Position numbers and translations under genes: made by a program
Shown here: piece by piece, positions 45,330 to 55,116 of the stretch
How positions within the stretch are numbered: the first letter of the stretch is position 1
Layout of the letters: every line of letters starts with the position of its first letter
Notes under the pieces: model-generated
Databases searched by the model: none
What the model saw: the letters and a program-made list of their open reading frames with translations, nothing else
What the model was told of the DNA's origin: nothing
Assembly (NCBI GenBank): GCA_963710195.1
Contig: CAVPZF010000008.1
Location: 1,179,410 to 1,243,409, forward strand
Origin: Lewinellaceae bacterium
Lineage (GTDB): Bacteria > Bacteroidota > Bacteroidia > Chitinophagales > Saprospiraceae
Length of the DNA stretch: 64,000 nt
Direction: 5' to 3'

Positions 45330-48266
45330 CTAGAAATCAAAGCCAAGATTGAGGTAAAACTGCTTGCTGCTGGGGAAGGGAGCTACCTCGAGGTTGGTGG
45401 AAAGCCCGCTGCCCCCCTTCACCGAAGTCTCCGGGTCGTAGCTGCTGTAATCGGTGATTGTGAAGATGTTGCGCCCGGACACTCCGACCCGCAGCCCCTG
45501 AAAGAACGTACTCTCGAGGGGAATCCGGTAACTTATGCCCGCTTCCCGGAGGCGGAAGTAAGACCCATCCTCGATTAGGCTGGTCAGGTTGTCGTACTCC
45601 CGGGGAGTGGTATTCCCTAGGTTAGTGAGTAGGCGAGTAAGGTTCAGTACGTCACTTCCCTCGCGCCAGTGAAAGAGAAAGCTCACGTCCAGGTTCTCAA
45701 ATAGGGTCAGGTTGTTTGACCAGCCGAACTGAAAGGTGGGCTCGGTATTACCCGTGAGGGTGGGCACGCCGTCGACGCTGGTCCACAGGCCGGTGATGGG
45801 AGACCCCTCGTTGAGGTAAAAGGTGCCCAGGCCAAGACCGAAACCTACCCCCGGGGGAACGAAACTAGGGATGTCCTCCCCTTCGCTGCCGTCTTCCACC
45901 CCTAAGCGGGTGATTTCACTGCGGTTAAGCCAGAAATTGAAAGTGGTCCGGTACTGAAAATCTGCCCCCTGAAACGGAGCGAGGCCCAACTGGAACTCAA
46001 ATCCGCGGTTGCGCAGGTCTAGGTCATTGCGTATCTCGGACGTGAAGCCGGTGGAGGTGGGAATGGAACGGTCGTAAAGTAAGTTGTTGACGTCGCGGAT
46101 GTAGTAGGTCGCCGTGACGTTCACCTTATTGTCGAATAGGCCAAAGTCAGTACCGAACTCCAGTTCGGAGCTGGTTTCGGGCTCCAGGTCTTCCCGGCCC
46201 TGAGTTCCGACGACGGTTAGGCCAGAGCGCCCGCCAATGCTGTTGTTATTGAGTGAGGTGAACAGTCGGCCAAAACTGGCGCTGTTACCGGTCTGTCCGT
46301 AGGCGATACGCAGCTTCAGCTGATCCACCGGTCCCCCGTCCCGCCAGAAGTCAAACTGACTGACGTTAAGGGCGAGCGAGGCGCGGGGGAAGGCGAAGAA
46401 CTTATTGGGGTCTCCGTTGAGGGAAGACTTATCGAAGCGCACCCCTGCCGTCATAATCACCTGATCGTTAACGTTTACTTCCTCCTGGATCAGGTAGCCG
46501 AACTCCTCCACATTGGAAAGGCTTTGGAATATCGCCTGGGCGCCACCCTGGGAGAGGTTGGTCTGTACCGGAATGAGCTGGGTAGACTGAGCTAGCAGGT
46601 TATCGGCCGATTGGTTCAGGTAGGTGATGCCCGCCTGGGTCGTGAAGTTGATTCCCCCGGGTGTGTAATAATCGTGCACGCCGATGGCGCTGTAGTTATA
46701 GTTGAAGATGTCATTCTTTCCCTCAGCTAGGAAACCGTTCTGCTGGTTACGTTGCGACTGGAAGGTTTCGGGTACGTAGACGAAGGTCTTGCCGAGAATA
46801 AAGTCCAGTCCGCCGTTGAGTACCAGTCGCAGGGCCTGATTGTCCGATTCCAGGATGCGGTAGTTGATGTTGACGCCCTCCAGCACCCGGTCGATGTTCT
46901 CCTCGTTGCGGGTTTGGTCGCGTGTCTGGAGAGGATTGCCGGAGAAGTTTGGGTTGTCCGGATAGACGCCGTTCTCGTCGGGAAAGAGGTTGACCCAGTC
47001 GCGGGTAAAGGCCAGGGTATAGCCGTAAGAAAGTCCGCCCTCGTTCTCGTTACCGCTGAAGGAGCGGGAGGCCTGGGAGCGGACGTAGTTGGTATTGGAC
47101 TGAATCTTTAGCCGGTCGCTGATCGCGTGGGTGACGTTGAGGCGGGCGGTAAAGCGCTCGTAACCGGTGTTCTTGATGATGCCGTCCTCGTCGCGCCAGC
47201 TGCCACTGACGAAGAAGTTGGTCTTGTCGTTGCCCCCGCTGACCTTCAGTCGGCTGTCGGTGATGAAGCCTTGTTCGCCGTAGAGGATGTCTTCGTAATC
47301 AAACAGCTCACCGCGCGCGACGGCCGCTTCGTAGTCGGCGCGGGCCTGCCGGCCCGCTGCCTGCTGATCGGGCTTCTCGCCCCCGAACTCGTCCTCGACC
47401 TGCTGGGGGGTGAAACTGCGCCGGCCCACCTTACGAATAATGGTGTTGAAGCCCAGGTCCTGGTTGAAGGTGACTTTCGTCCGGCCGGCGGAGCCCTTTT
47501 TGGTGGTGATGATTACGACGCCCGCGTTGGCCCGGGTGCCGTAGATCGCGGCGGCGGAGGCCCCCTTGAGCACCTCGATGCTTTCGATGTCGTCCGGATT
47601 GAGGTCGGCTACCCGGTTGGAGGAGCCCTCCTCGTTAGCGGCGTTGGCCCCCGAGGCAAAGCGGGATCCACTGGGAATTTCTACGTTAGAGATGTAGACG
47701 CCGTCGACGATAAACAGCGGTTGGTTGTTGCCGGAGAGCGAGGATATTCCCCGTAGGCGCACGGCGTAGCCGCCCCCGGGGGCGCCGCTGGTCTGGGTGA
47801 TGTTTACCCCCGTCAACTTGCCGTAGAGCGCGCCGTCCACGGTCTGCTGGCTGGTCACGCCGGTCAGTTCCTCCCCGCTGACGACGGAGACCGCGTTGGC
47901 CAGGTTAGACCGCTTGATGGTGGAGGCCAGGCCCGTAACCACCACCTGCTCCAGGTTGGCTATGTCTTCGCCGAGCTCGATCTGCAGCGGAGCAATGTCG
48001 CGGGTTACTTCCACGAGCTGGGAGGCGAAACCGGTATAACTGAGGCGCAGCGAAGCCGGATCGGTGGGGACGTCGAGGCTGAAGCGCCCGTCGAAATCCG
48101 TGACCGTCCCCGTCGTCGTACCCACCACCAGGATGGAGACCCCGATCAGCGGCTCACCCGTCGGATCGGTAATCGTCCCCGACACGGGGTACTGCGCGAA
48201 CAGCGCAGTAGGCGCTAAAAAGAGAAAGAGCAAGCTTACCGCCGTAAGGAGTGGGCTGGGGTTCAT
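45330..48266 (-). CDS. SusC/RagA family TonB-linked outer-membrane transporter
   Basis: N-terminal carboxypeptidase-like domain (GEPLIGVSI), plug motif DLNPDDIESIEVLKGASAAAIYGTRANAGVVIITTKKG, C-terminal F. Confidence 0.95.
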   Translation of the reverse strand: MNPSPLLTAVSLLFLFLAPTALFAQYPVSGTITDPTGEPLIGVSILVVGTTTGTVTDFDGRFSLDVPTDPASLRLSYTGFASQLVEVTRDIAPLQIELGEDIANLEQVVVTGLASTIKRSNLANAVSVVSGEELTGVTSQQTVDGALYGKLTGVNITQTSGAPGGGYAVRLRGISSLSGNNQPLFIVDGVYISNVEIPSGSRFASGANAANEEGSSNRVADLNPDDIESIEVLKGASAAAIYGTRANAGVVIITTKKGSAGRTKVTFNQDLGFNTIIRKVGRRSFTPQQVEDEFGGEKPDQQAAGRQARADYEAAVARGELFDYEDILYGEQGFITDSRLKVSGGNDKTNFFVSGSWRDEDGIIKNTGYERFTARLNVTHAISDRLKIQSNTNYVRSQASRSFSGNENEGGLSYGYTLAFTRDWVNLFPDENGVYPDNPNFSGNPLQTRDQTRNEENIDRVLEGVNINYRILESDNQALRLVLNGGLDFILGKTFVYVPETFQSQRNQQNGFLAEGKNDIFNYNYSAIGVHDYYTPGGINFTTQAGITYLNQSADNLLAQSTQLIPVQTNLSQGGAQAIFQSLSNVEEFGYLIQEEVNVNDQVIMTAGVRFDKSSLNGDPNKFFAFPRASLALNVSQFDFWRDGGPVDQLKLRIAYGQTGNSASFGRLFTSLNNNSIGGRSGLTVVGTQGREDLEPETSSELEFGTDFGLFDNKVNVTATYYIRDVNNLLYDRSIPTSTGFTSEIRNDLDLRNRGFEFQLGLAPFQGADFQYRTTFNFWLNRSEITRLGVEDGSEGEDIPSFVPPGVGFGLGLGTFYLNEGSPITGLWTSVDGVPTLTGNTEPTFQFGWSNNLTLFENLDVSFLFHWREGSDVLNLTRLLTNLGNTTPREYDNLTSLIEDGSYFRLREAGISYRIPLESTFFQGLRVGVSGRNIFTITDYSSYDPETSVKGGSGLSTNLEVAPFPSSKQFYLNLGFDF

Positions 48267-48525
48267 GGTGTGATTGTTAGCAAGTGTAAAGAAGGCAGCT
48301 ATCCTGAACAGTCCGGATATCCCGGCAATGATATTGAATAACCACTTAGCAGCCAACTATGCTGTGGCTTTTTTACCAATATACAGAAAGCCCCGGTCAA
48401 TAAGCGAGGGTCCAGCGCCCCCCGGAGGAGACCACTATTTCTTCCCGGGAGGTATCCGGGGTTTGGGGCGGGGCTTCAACGGTTGGGGTTGCCGCCACAC
48501 CCGCGCACCCGCCCCGGGTATTTCA

Positions 48526-48533
48526 TACCTTTG
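48526..48533 (+). promoter_or_regulatory. Bacteroidota -7 promoter element for the wzz-ligase pair
   Basis: TACCTTTG, 24 nt upstream of the ATG. Confidence 0.55.
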
Positions 48534-48556
48534 CGCGCCCCATTCCTTGCCTACGT

Positions 48557-49660
48557 ATGCTACAGACTTCTTCCCCGCCTACCCACCTGCTGGGCGTCCT
48601 GCGCACTCTCTGGCGGTGGCGGCGACCCATTCTGGCTACTACCCTGGCGGGCGCCGTGCTGGCCATTGTTATTTCGTTGCTGCTGCCCCCTTACTATACG
48701 GGCTACACCTCCTTCGTAGCCATCAGTCCCGAGCAAATTTCGATTGAAAGCACCTTTGGCACCACCGGTAACCGGGTGCAATTTTACGGGACCGGCGACG
48801 ACATCGACCGCATGCTGAGCATCGCCGAGAGCAATGAATTGATCGACTTCATGGTCGATTCCTTTCACCTGTTCTCCGTTTATGACATCGACAGCACCAC
48901 GGTCAAGGGACCAGTGTACGTACGGGAGGAATTTCAGAGCCTCTACGACGTGGAACGGTCTCCGCGCGACATCGTGGAATTGAGCATTCAGGATCGCGAC
49001 CCCCGCCGTGCCGCCGCCATGGCCCGGGCCGCCCGCGATAAGATTGACGCCCTGCACCTCTCCCTCATTCGCGCCACTCATTCCCGCAATGCTGCGGGCC
49101 TCGAGGTCGATCTACGGCAGAGCGAGACCCAGCTGACCGACCTCAACCACCGGCTTTCCGATGTACGCAAACAGTACGGAATCTACAACACCCAAGCCCA
49201 AAGTGAGGCACTAGCTACGGCCTCCAGCCAACTGGACCAACAGCTTGCTACCACCGAGGCCCGGCTGGAAGCCTTCCGCGAACTGGGTCAGCGAGACAGC
49301 ATTGCTAAGCTTTCGGTCAACCTAATTGGCCTGCAACGTACGCGCCTATCGCTAAACGCTCAGCTCGACCGCCTCAACTCCAGCATTGGACAGATCGAGA
49401 ATATGGAAGAAGAACGTACCGAGGCCAATAATATGCTTAATGAGAACCGCAACCGGCTTAAGCAGTACCAGGCCATCCTTCAGGGCGACCGGCGGACCCT
49501 GGAGGTGATTGAGGAAGCGAACGTGCCCCTCGTCAAGAGTTCTCCTATCCGGTGGTTGATCGTATCCATCACTACCGTAGTGAGTTTCCTCATGGCCGCC
49601 GTTGGCGCGCTGCTGCTGGAGAACGGTCGGCGCTTGGACTGGGGAAGCATCACGCGGTGA
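48557..49660 (+). CDS. Wzz/GumC-like polysaccharide chain-length determinant
   Basis: N- and C-terminal TM helices, coiled-coil periplasmic domain, VIEEANVP..KSSPIRWLIV motif. Confidence 0.85.
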   Translation: MLQTSSPPTHLLGVLRTLWRWRRPILATTLAGAVLAIVISLLLPPYYTGYTSFVAISPEQISIESTFGTTGNRVQFYGTGDDIDRMLSIAESNELIDFMVDSFHLFSVYDIDSTTVKGPVYVREEFQSLYDVERSPRDIVELSIQDRDPRRAAAMARAARDKIDALHLSLIRATHSRNAAGLEVDLRQSETQLTDLNHRLSDVRKQYGIYNTQAQSEALATASSQLDQQLATTEARLEAFRELGQRDSIAKLSVNLIGLQRTRLSLNAQLDRLNSSIGQIENMEEERTEANNMLNENRNRLKQYQAILQGDRRTLEVIEEANVPLVKSSPIRWLIVSITTVVSFLMAAVGALLLENGRRLDWGSITR

Positions 49661-51081
49661 GCCTGCCCCTGCGTCTATACATAGGTTACGCGGCCGGAGT
49701 GCTCCTGTGCCTAGGGGGGGCCATCGCGAGCGGAGCCTACTGGATCGGGGGCTTACCGCTACTCGTGTGGGCGGTGGGGCAGTCGGTCATGGATTTCCGG
49801 CCCCTCTTCTGGCTCATGCTGGTTTGTATTCCCCTGGGGGCGGAGGTCACGCTGCCGGGAGGGCTGGGCACGGATCTGCCCACCGAACCGCTGGCCATCG
49901 CCCTAACGGGGCTCCTCGTAGTGCATGCGGCGCGTCACTGGCCGCAGTACGACCACCGCTTGTTTCTCCACCCGATCGCCCTGCTGCTCTACCTACACGT
50001 GGCCTGGATTATTGTAGCTAGCCTATTTGGGGAGATCCGGCTCATCAGCCTCAAGTTTTCCCTGGCTAAGCTGTGGTACGTAGGGGCCTTCTTTTTGTTG
50101 CCCCTGCTCTTGCTGCGGACCCCATCTCGGGTCAGGATATTTGTCCACTGCGTGTTCTGGCCGCTGCTTTTCGTAGCGGTGCAGTCGCTGTTGCGTCACG
50201 CCACCTACCAGTTTAGTTTCGCCGATCAGTTCCGCACCCTCCATCCCTTTATGCGTAACCACGTGAGCTACGCCGGTTGCCTGACTACCTTCGTGCCGTG
50301 GCTGGCCTACCTGATCGTGGAGCGGCGGCGGGACGGAAGCAGCTACCGGTGGCTCCTGTACGGGGTAGGCGCGATTTGGCTCGTAGCCATCGGATTCGCC
50401 TTTACCCGCGCGGCATACATTGCCCTAGGGCTGGCCGCAATCGCCTTCTTCCTGATTCGCTGGCGGTGGATGCGCCCCGCCCTGCTGGCGGCGCTGGTGA
50501 TGGGAGCCGGCTTGGTGGGGTACTTTACGTACCAACATAACTACCTCAACTACGCGCCTAACTTCGACACGACGGTCGCCCACCGGGAATTTGATGACCT
50601 CATTTCGGCGACCTACAAATTGGAAGACATCTCTACCATGGAGCGCTTCTACCGCTGGGTGGCGGGCGGCAATATGGTGCCCTACCGGCCCGTGACGGGT
50701 TTTGGCCCGGGCAATTTTGTAGAACTGTACCAGGGCTATACCAACAACAACTTTGAGACCTACGTCAGCGACAACCCCGAGCGCAGCGGCATCCATAATT
50801 ATTACCTGATGACCCTGGTGGAGCAGGGGTACGTGGGCCTGTTTATTTTGCTTCTTTTCCTTTGCGGCACGCTACTGGCCGGAGAACGCCTTTACCACGC
50901 GCAGCGCGGTCCCTCCGCCCGCGCGGCGGTCATGGCGGGTCTCCTGTCGGTCATCATCGTGGGCGCCTTTTCCCTCATCAACGACGTGCTGGAAACCGAC
51001 AAGATCGGTTCCCTCTTCTTCATAAGTGCCGCCGTAGTGATTACCATGGGGAAATACCGCTCAGCCCAGATCTCCCTGTAA
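49657..51081 (+). CDS. O-antigen ligase/polymerase family protein
   Basis: Multi-pass membrane protein; FTRAAY, STMERFYRW, GFGPGNF and HNYYL..LVEQG motifs. Confidence 0.85.
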   Translation: MSLPLRLYIGYAAGVLLCLGGAIASGAYWIGGLPLLVWAVGQSVMDFRPLFWLMLVCIPLGAEVTLPGGLGTDLPTEPLAIALTGLLVVHAARHWPQYDHRLFLHPIALLLYLHVAWIIVASLFGEIRLISLKFSLAKLWYVGAFFLLPLLLLRTPSRVRIFVHCVFWPLLFVAVQSLLRHATYQFSFADQFRTLHPFMRNHVSYAGCLTTFVPWLAYLIVERRRDGSSYRWLLYGVGAIWLVAIGFAFTRAAYIALGLAAIAFFLIRWRWMRPALLAALVMGAGLVGYFTYQHNYLNYAPNFDTTVAHREFDDLISATYKLEDISTMERFYRWVAGGNMVPYRPVTGFGPGNFVELYQGYTNNNFETYVSDNPERSGIHNYYLMTLVEQGYVGLFILLLFLCGTLLAGERLYHAQRGPSARAAVMAGLLSVIIVGAFSLINDVLETDKIGSLFFISAAVVITMGKYRSAQISL

Positions 51082-51438
51082 GTAGAGCACCGCACACAGG
51101 GCAAGCATTCCGGAAGCGACGCTGATCGTCAGGTAGGCCAGGGCTACGGGGGCGTGTCCGTGCTGTAGCAACTGCAGGAGCTCCGCGGCGAAGGTAGAAA
51201 AGGTGGAAAAGCCTCCGCAGAAACCCGTCAGCAACAGCAGTTGCCCGGCTTTCGGCAGCTGCTCGCGGCCCACCAGCGATAAACCGAGGCCCACCAGTAC
51301 GCAGGCCGCGAGATTGGCGACTAGCGTGGCCCAGGGAAAGTGACCCTCGGAAGGGGGATCGGGGGGCAGGAGGAGGGTGAGACCGTAGCGAGACATGGCG
51401 CCTAGCCCACCGCCCAAAAAAACCCACCACCAGCTCAC
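51061..51438 (-). CDS. crcB: Fluoride channel Fluc/CrcB
   Basis: GGGLGAMSRY, FPWATL.AN and TGFCGGFSTFSTF motifs. Confidence 0.95.
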   Translation of the reverse strand: MSWWWVFLGGGLGAMSRYGLTLLLPPDPPSEGHFPWATLVANLAACVLVGLGLSLVGREQLPKAGQLLLLTGFCGGFSTFSTFAAELLQLLQHGHAPVALAYLTISVASGMLALCAVLYLQGDLG

Positions 51439-52523
51439 GCGGCCTGCTGGATTCTTTCGGCGGCCTTACTGCGCCGGATCGCGCTGGCGTGGCGGCGCAG
51501 GAGTAGCGTCAAACCGACCGCCAGGCCGATCTCGATGAACAGGATCAAGTGGAGATCGAGCAAAGGATCAAGGAACAAAGCAAGGCTAATGAAGAGCAAA
51601 TTGACCAAGCCCAGGACGAAGGTCGCCTGCATGTGGCTCAGCTTGGAATCGATCAAAAGGTGGTGGATATGCCGCCGGTCGGGCTTCATGGGACTCACCC
51701 CGTTGAGGGCGCGGGTGATGAAAACGCGAATTGTATCGAACAGGGGAATAATTAGAATGCCGACCGCTACGCTGATGGGATTGGAAAAGCGGTACAGCGT
51801 GGGGATAGCGGCCGTGGAACACACATCAATGAACTCTATGGTCATTACGCCCAGCAAGATTCCGATGACTAGGGCACCGGTGTCGCCCATAAAGGTCTTT
51901 TCGGTCTTCGACATGTTGTAGTAGAGAAACGCCAGCAGTCCGCCGGCCGCGGCAAGCGCCAGCACACCCAGATGAGCCATCCCCACTACGAAAAACCAGG
52001 TGCCAAAACTTAGCATGGCGATGATACCAATGGTGCCGGCCAGGCCGTCGATCCCATCAATCAGGTTGAAGGCATTCGCAATGACCAAGAGCGTGAAAGC
52101 GCTGAAGGTAATCGACAACCAGTACGGAAGCTCGGAAGTGGAGTAAAACAAATCATACAACTGCTCCAGACGGATTTCCCCGCGGGTGACCAGGATAGCT
52201 ATCGCAATGACGAGCCCGGCCGTCTTCTTACCCGCCGACATCTCCTTGATGTCATCTTTCGTGCCAATCATAAATACGATTACGAGCGCGCTGAGAATGT
52301 ACTGCAGTCCATCCCACTGCCCCATGGGGGTGAGGAGCAGGGAACAGAAGAGAATCCCCAGAAAAATAGGGATTCCACCCAGGCAGGGCGTTATGGTTTC
52401 GTGGCTGCTGCGGGCCTCCGGGTGGGCCACCAGCTTTTTCTCTATGGCAATGCGGATCACGTGGGGCATGATCGAAAACACTAGGGCGAAGGAGATGAGA
52501 AAGCTTAGTATAAAATTAAGCAT
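51435..52523 (-). CDS. MraY/WecA-family polyprenyl-phosphate sugar-1-phosphate transferase
   Basis: TPCLGG, GTKDD, NAFNLIDGIDGL, FMGDTG, PLFDT and DRRHIHH motifs. Confidence 0.9.
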   Translation of the reverse strand: MLNFILSFLISFALVFSIMPHVIRIAIEKKLVAHPEARSSHETITPCLGGIPIFLGILFCSLLLTPMGQWDGLQYILSALVIVFMIGTKDDIKEMSAGKKTAGLVIAIAILVTRGEIRLEQLYDLFYSTSELPYWLSITFSAFTLLVIANAFNLIDGIDGLAGTIGIIAMLSFGTWFFVVGMAHLGVLALAAAGGLLAFLYYNMSKTEKTFMGDTGALVIGILLGVMTIEFIDVCSTAAIPTLYRFSNPISVAVGILIIPLFDTIRVFITRALNGVSPMKPDRRHIHHLLIDSKLSHMQATFVLGLVNLLFISLALFLDPLLDLHLILFIEIGLAVGLTLLLRRHASAIRRSKAAERIQQAA

Positions 52524-52633
52524 ACGCAGGTGTTAGAAGCCACGGAGAGACGCCGGAAACAAAAATAGGGCAAAGCAACAGACGCAAAGTCAACAGAACT
52601 TTAAATCTCGGCAAATATAGCGCCCCCCGTTCA

Positions 52634-53401
52634 TTACCCTACGACACGCCATTCCGTCGTTGGGGCAAAGTGGACCTCCCGCAGGTAAAGTCCCGCCGCC
52701 GGCACACTAAACGGCCGGGGCAGCGGCTGCTGCAATTCCAGCGCCTCCCGTACTTCTGCCAGTGCGAGTTTCCCACTGCCCACCTGCAGGCACATGCCCA
52801 CGATCAGCCGCACCATCCCCCGCAGGAAGCGGTTGGCAGAGATGTGGTAGCAAAGTTCTTCCTCCCCGAACGTCCACCGGCTCTCGGTCACCCTACATTT
52901 CATCGTGAAGGCATCCGAATTAGTCTTACAGAAGGGGGCAAACTCCCCGTAGGCCGGCAGGAGCGCGGCGGCGGCTTCCATTCGTCCGTAATCGAGATCC
53001 CGGATCGCCGGCAACCAGGCTGCGGTATCCGTCCGAAAGGGATCTTTGCGCAAACTCAACCGGTACACGTAAGCGCGGCCGGTGGGGCTAAACCGCGCAT
53101 GCACTTTCGGGGGCACCTCCCACATCCTTCGCAGGGCAATGTCCTCCGGCAAGTAGCGATTAAGGCGCTGCAACAGGCACGTGGGCAACTCCCCGGCGTA
53201 ATCAAAGTGGGCCGCGTAGTCCGAGGCGTGTACTCCGGCGTCCGTCCGCCCGCAGCCCACCAGCTTAATGGGCTGGCCCAGGATCAGCGTCAGGGCCGAG
53301 TCAATGGTTTCCTCCACCGAGCGGGCGTTGGGCTGGCGCTGCCACCCGGCATAGGCCGTGCCGCGGTAAGCCAACTCCAGCAGGTACCTACGCGAACTCA
53401 T
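52634..53401 (-). CDS. truA: tRNA pseudouridine(38-40) synthase
   Basis: YRGTAYAGWQRQ, GCGRTDAGVHA, HARFS and ANRFLRGMVR motifs. Confidence 0.96.
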   Translation of the reverse strand: MSSRRYLLELAYRGTAYAGWQRQPNARSVEETIDSALTLILGQPIKLVGCGRTDAGVHASDYAAHFDYAGELPTCLLQRLNRYLPEDIALRRMWEVPPKVHARFSPTGRAYVYRLSLRKDPFRTDTAAWLPAIRDLDYGRMEAAAALLPAYGEFAPFCKTNSDAFTMKCRVTESRWTFGEEELCYHISANRFLRGMVRLIVGMCLQVGSGKLALAEVREALELQQPLPRPFSVPAAGLYLREVHFAPTTEWRVVG

Positions 53402-54084
53402 AAAAGGGGTGTCTTCTTGGAACGCGTGACAAAGGGAGGATTCAGATAGAAGGGCTCGTAGGTCGCTAGGTTAGGGCGGCGGCGCGCAGGTGTCAGGAGG
53501 TACCGCGCGGCCGCGACCGCGGGTTCACCCAAGGTGAAGGCGTTATCGTCGTCGAGGGCTTCCCGTAGCCGCTGCTGGCCGGGGCCACACCCGTAGATGT
53601 GCCCCAGGCCGGCCCCGCCCAGCAATTGGCCCCTCCAGGTGGGCTCGGTGAGCCGTACGTTCATGACCTCGGTGACGGCCTCCCCCGTCCCCGCCGCGAA
53701 CACTTGTCCGAATACCTCCCCCCGCCGCGAGTCAATCACCGCGAAGCGATAGTCCGTCCCCACCGGAGCAACGCCGGCCAGGGCGAGGGCGCGGAGCGTG
53801 GGTACAACTTCCAGATTCAGGCCCGGCAGGGCCGCGCAGAGCCCCTTAGCCGTCGCTGCGCCAACCCGGAGGCTGGTGTAGGAACCGGGACCATCGCTCA
53901 GCACGACGGTGTCCAGCGCGGACAGCTTCACGCCCGACTCAGTGATCGCTTGTTGGATGTACCGGGTCAGGTGACTGGCGTGCCGGTGGGGAGCATCGGC
54001 ACTTACCTCGGCGAGCAGTACCCCATCGCGGGCGACTGCCACCGAACACAGATCAGTGGCGGTCTCCAAAAGCAATTCGGTCAT
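53398..54084 (-). CDS. tsaB: tRNA threonylcarbamoyladenosine biosynthesis protein TsaB
   Basis: LETAT..CSVA, GPGSYTSLRVG...AKG and IDSRRGEVF motifs. Confidence 0.92.
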   Translation of the reverse strand: MTELLLETATDLCSVAVARDGVLLAEVSADAPHRHASHLTRYIQQAITESGVKLSALDTVVLSDGPGSYTSLRVGAATAKGLCAALPGLNLEVVPTLRALALAGVAPVGTDYRFAVIDSRRGEVFGQVFAAGTGEAVTEVMNVRLTEPTWRGQLLGGAGLGHIYGCGPGQQRLREALDDDNAFTLGEPAVAAARYLLTPARRRPNLATYEPFYLNPPFVTRSKKTPLL

Positions 54085-54407
54085 AGCTCCAGCAGTTCAG
54101 TCGGTGACCAGAAGCGGGTGGTAAAGTCAACGACCCGATCCTGCGCCACCCGAACACCTTCGGCCGCGAGGCGATCCTCCATCAACTGCGGGGGGCGGAA
54201 GCGGTGGCGGCCACTTAGTTCCCCTAGCCGGTTGACGACGCGGTGGGCCGGCAAGTCGCCAGCGCCCACGCCCTGGAACAAGGCCCAGCCCACCATCCGG
54301 GCACTCCCCAGCGTGAGAAAATCAGCGATGGAACCGTAGGTGGTCACGCGACCGGGCGGGATCAGCCGGACCACGTCGTGCACGTCTTCGATGTAGTGCC
54401 CCGCCAC
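54081..54407 (-). CDS. MGMT-family alkyltransferase-like protein (Atl/YbaZ-like)
   Basis: IPPGRVTTYGSIA, ARMVGWA and PAHRVVN (no catalytic Cys). Confidence 0.88.
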   Translation of the reverse strand: MAGHYIEDVHDVVRLIPPGRVTTYGSIADFLTLGSARMVGWALFQGVGAGDLPAHRVVNRLGELSGRHRFRPPQLMEDRLAAEGVRVAQDRVVDFTTRFWSPTELLEL

Positions 54408-54409
54408 GC

Positions 54410-55072
54410 CTAACGGTGGATTTCCCGGGCCATCTGCTTATCCCTGACCGAGCGGGGAACGGTGCCGAAGACGTAGTCCCACAGGGGCTGGGAGACGCCG
54501 AAGAGCACCTCGTCCTCGCTGTAGTGGTGGATCGAATGGTTGACCCACAGCATCCGCAGGAAGTTGCGGGGCGGAGCGTAGATATGCACCGTATAGTGCA
54601 CCATCAGGTAGAGCGCATAGCCCACCACGAAGCCGGCCAGGTAGGAAAAGGAATACTGCCCCAGCACGAGCTCGAAGAGAAAGAGCAGGCTGGTGGCCAG
54701 TGCAATAGCAAGGAGGGGAGGCATCGCCAGCCGCTTCTTATCCTTGGGGTAGTCGTGGTGCATCCCGTGCATTTTGTATGTCGCTTTCTTGTAGGCGTCG
54801 GAGGCGCCGTGGGGCGGGTGGTATACCCACCGGTGCACGGCGTACTCCATAAACGTAAACCCCAGGATGCCGGAAAAGAACACGATAACTACGGTATAGC
54901 CCGGGATGTCAGTGCGGGATAGGGTGTACCAGAGCAGCCCAATGGCGTAAAGGAAAAAGATGATAATCGGGGTGGCGATGTGCGTCTGGCTCAGCCGGTT
55001 GAGCAGTCTATTCTCAAACATCGGCGGTGACATGTCGGCATTCGACTTGAATTTTTGGGTGCGGGCTTTCAT
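54410..55072 (-). CDS. Fatty-acid hydroxylase/sterol desaturase family protein (FA2H/Scs7-like)
   Basis: His boxes EY..HRWVYH, HGMHH, HY..H and HSIHH; D..RL.MPP and FGVS..LWD.VFGT motifs. Confidence 0.88.
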   Translation of the reverse strand: MKARTQKFKSNADMSPPMFENRLLNRLSQTHIATPIIIFFLYAIGLLWYTLSRTDIPGYTVVIVFFSGILGFTFMEYAVHRWVYHPPHGASDAYKKATYKMHGMHHDYPKDKKRLAMPPLLAIALATSLLFLFELVLGQYSFSYLAGFVVGYALYLMVHYTVHIYAPPRNFLRMLWVNHSIHHYSEDEVLFGVSQPLWDYVFGTVPRSVRDKQMAREIHR

Positions 55073-55116
55073 CGGAATGAATTAGCGGAGTGCGGCCTCA
55101 GCTGCTGTATACGAGG

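Noticed and set aside
51061-51438. Fluoride riboswitch for crcB
   Set aside because: crcB overlaps the upstream gene's stop codon, so there is no leader to hold one.
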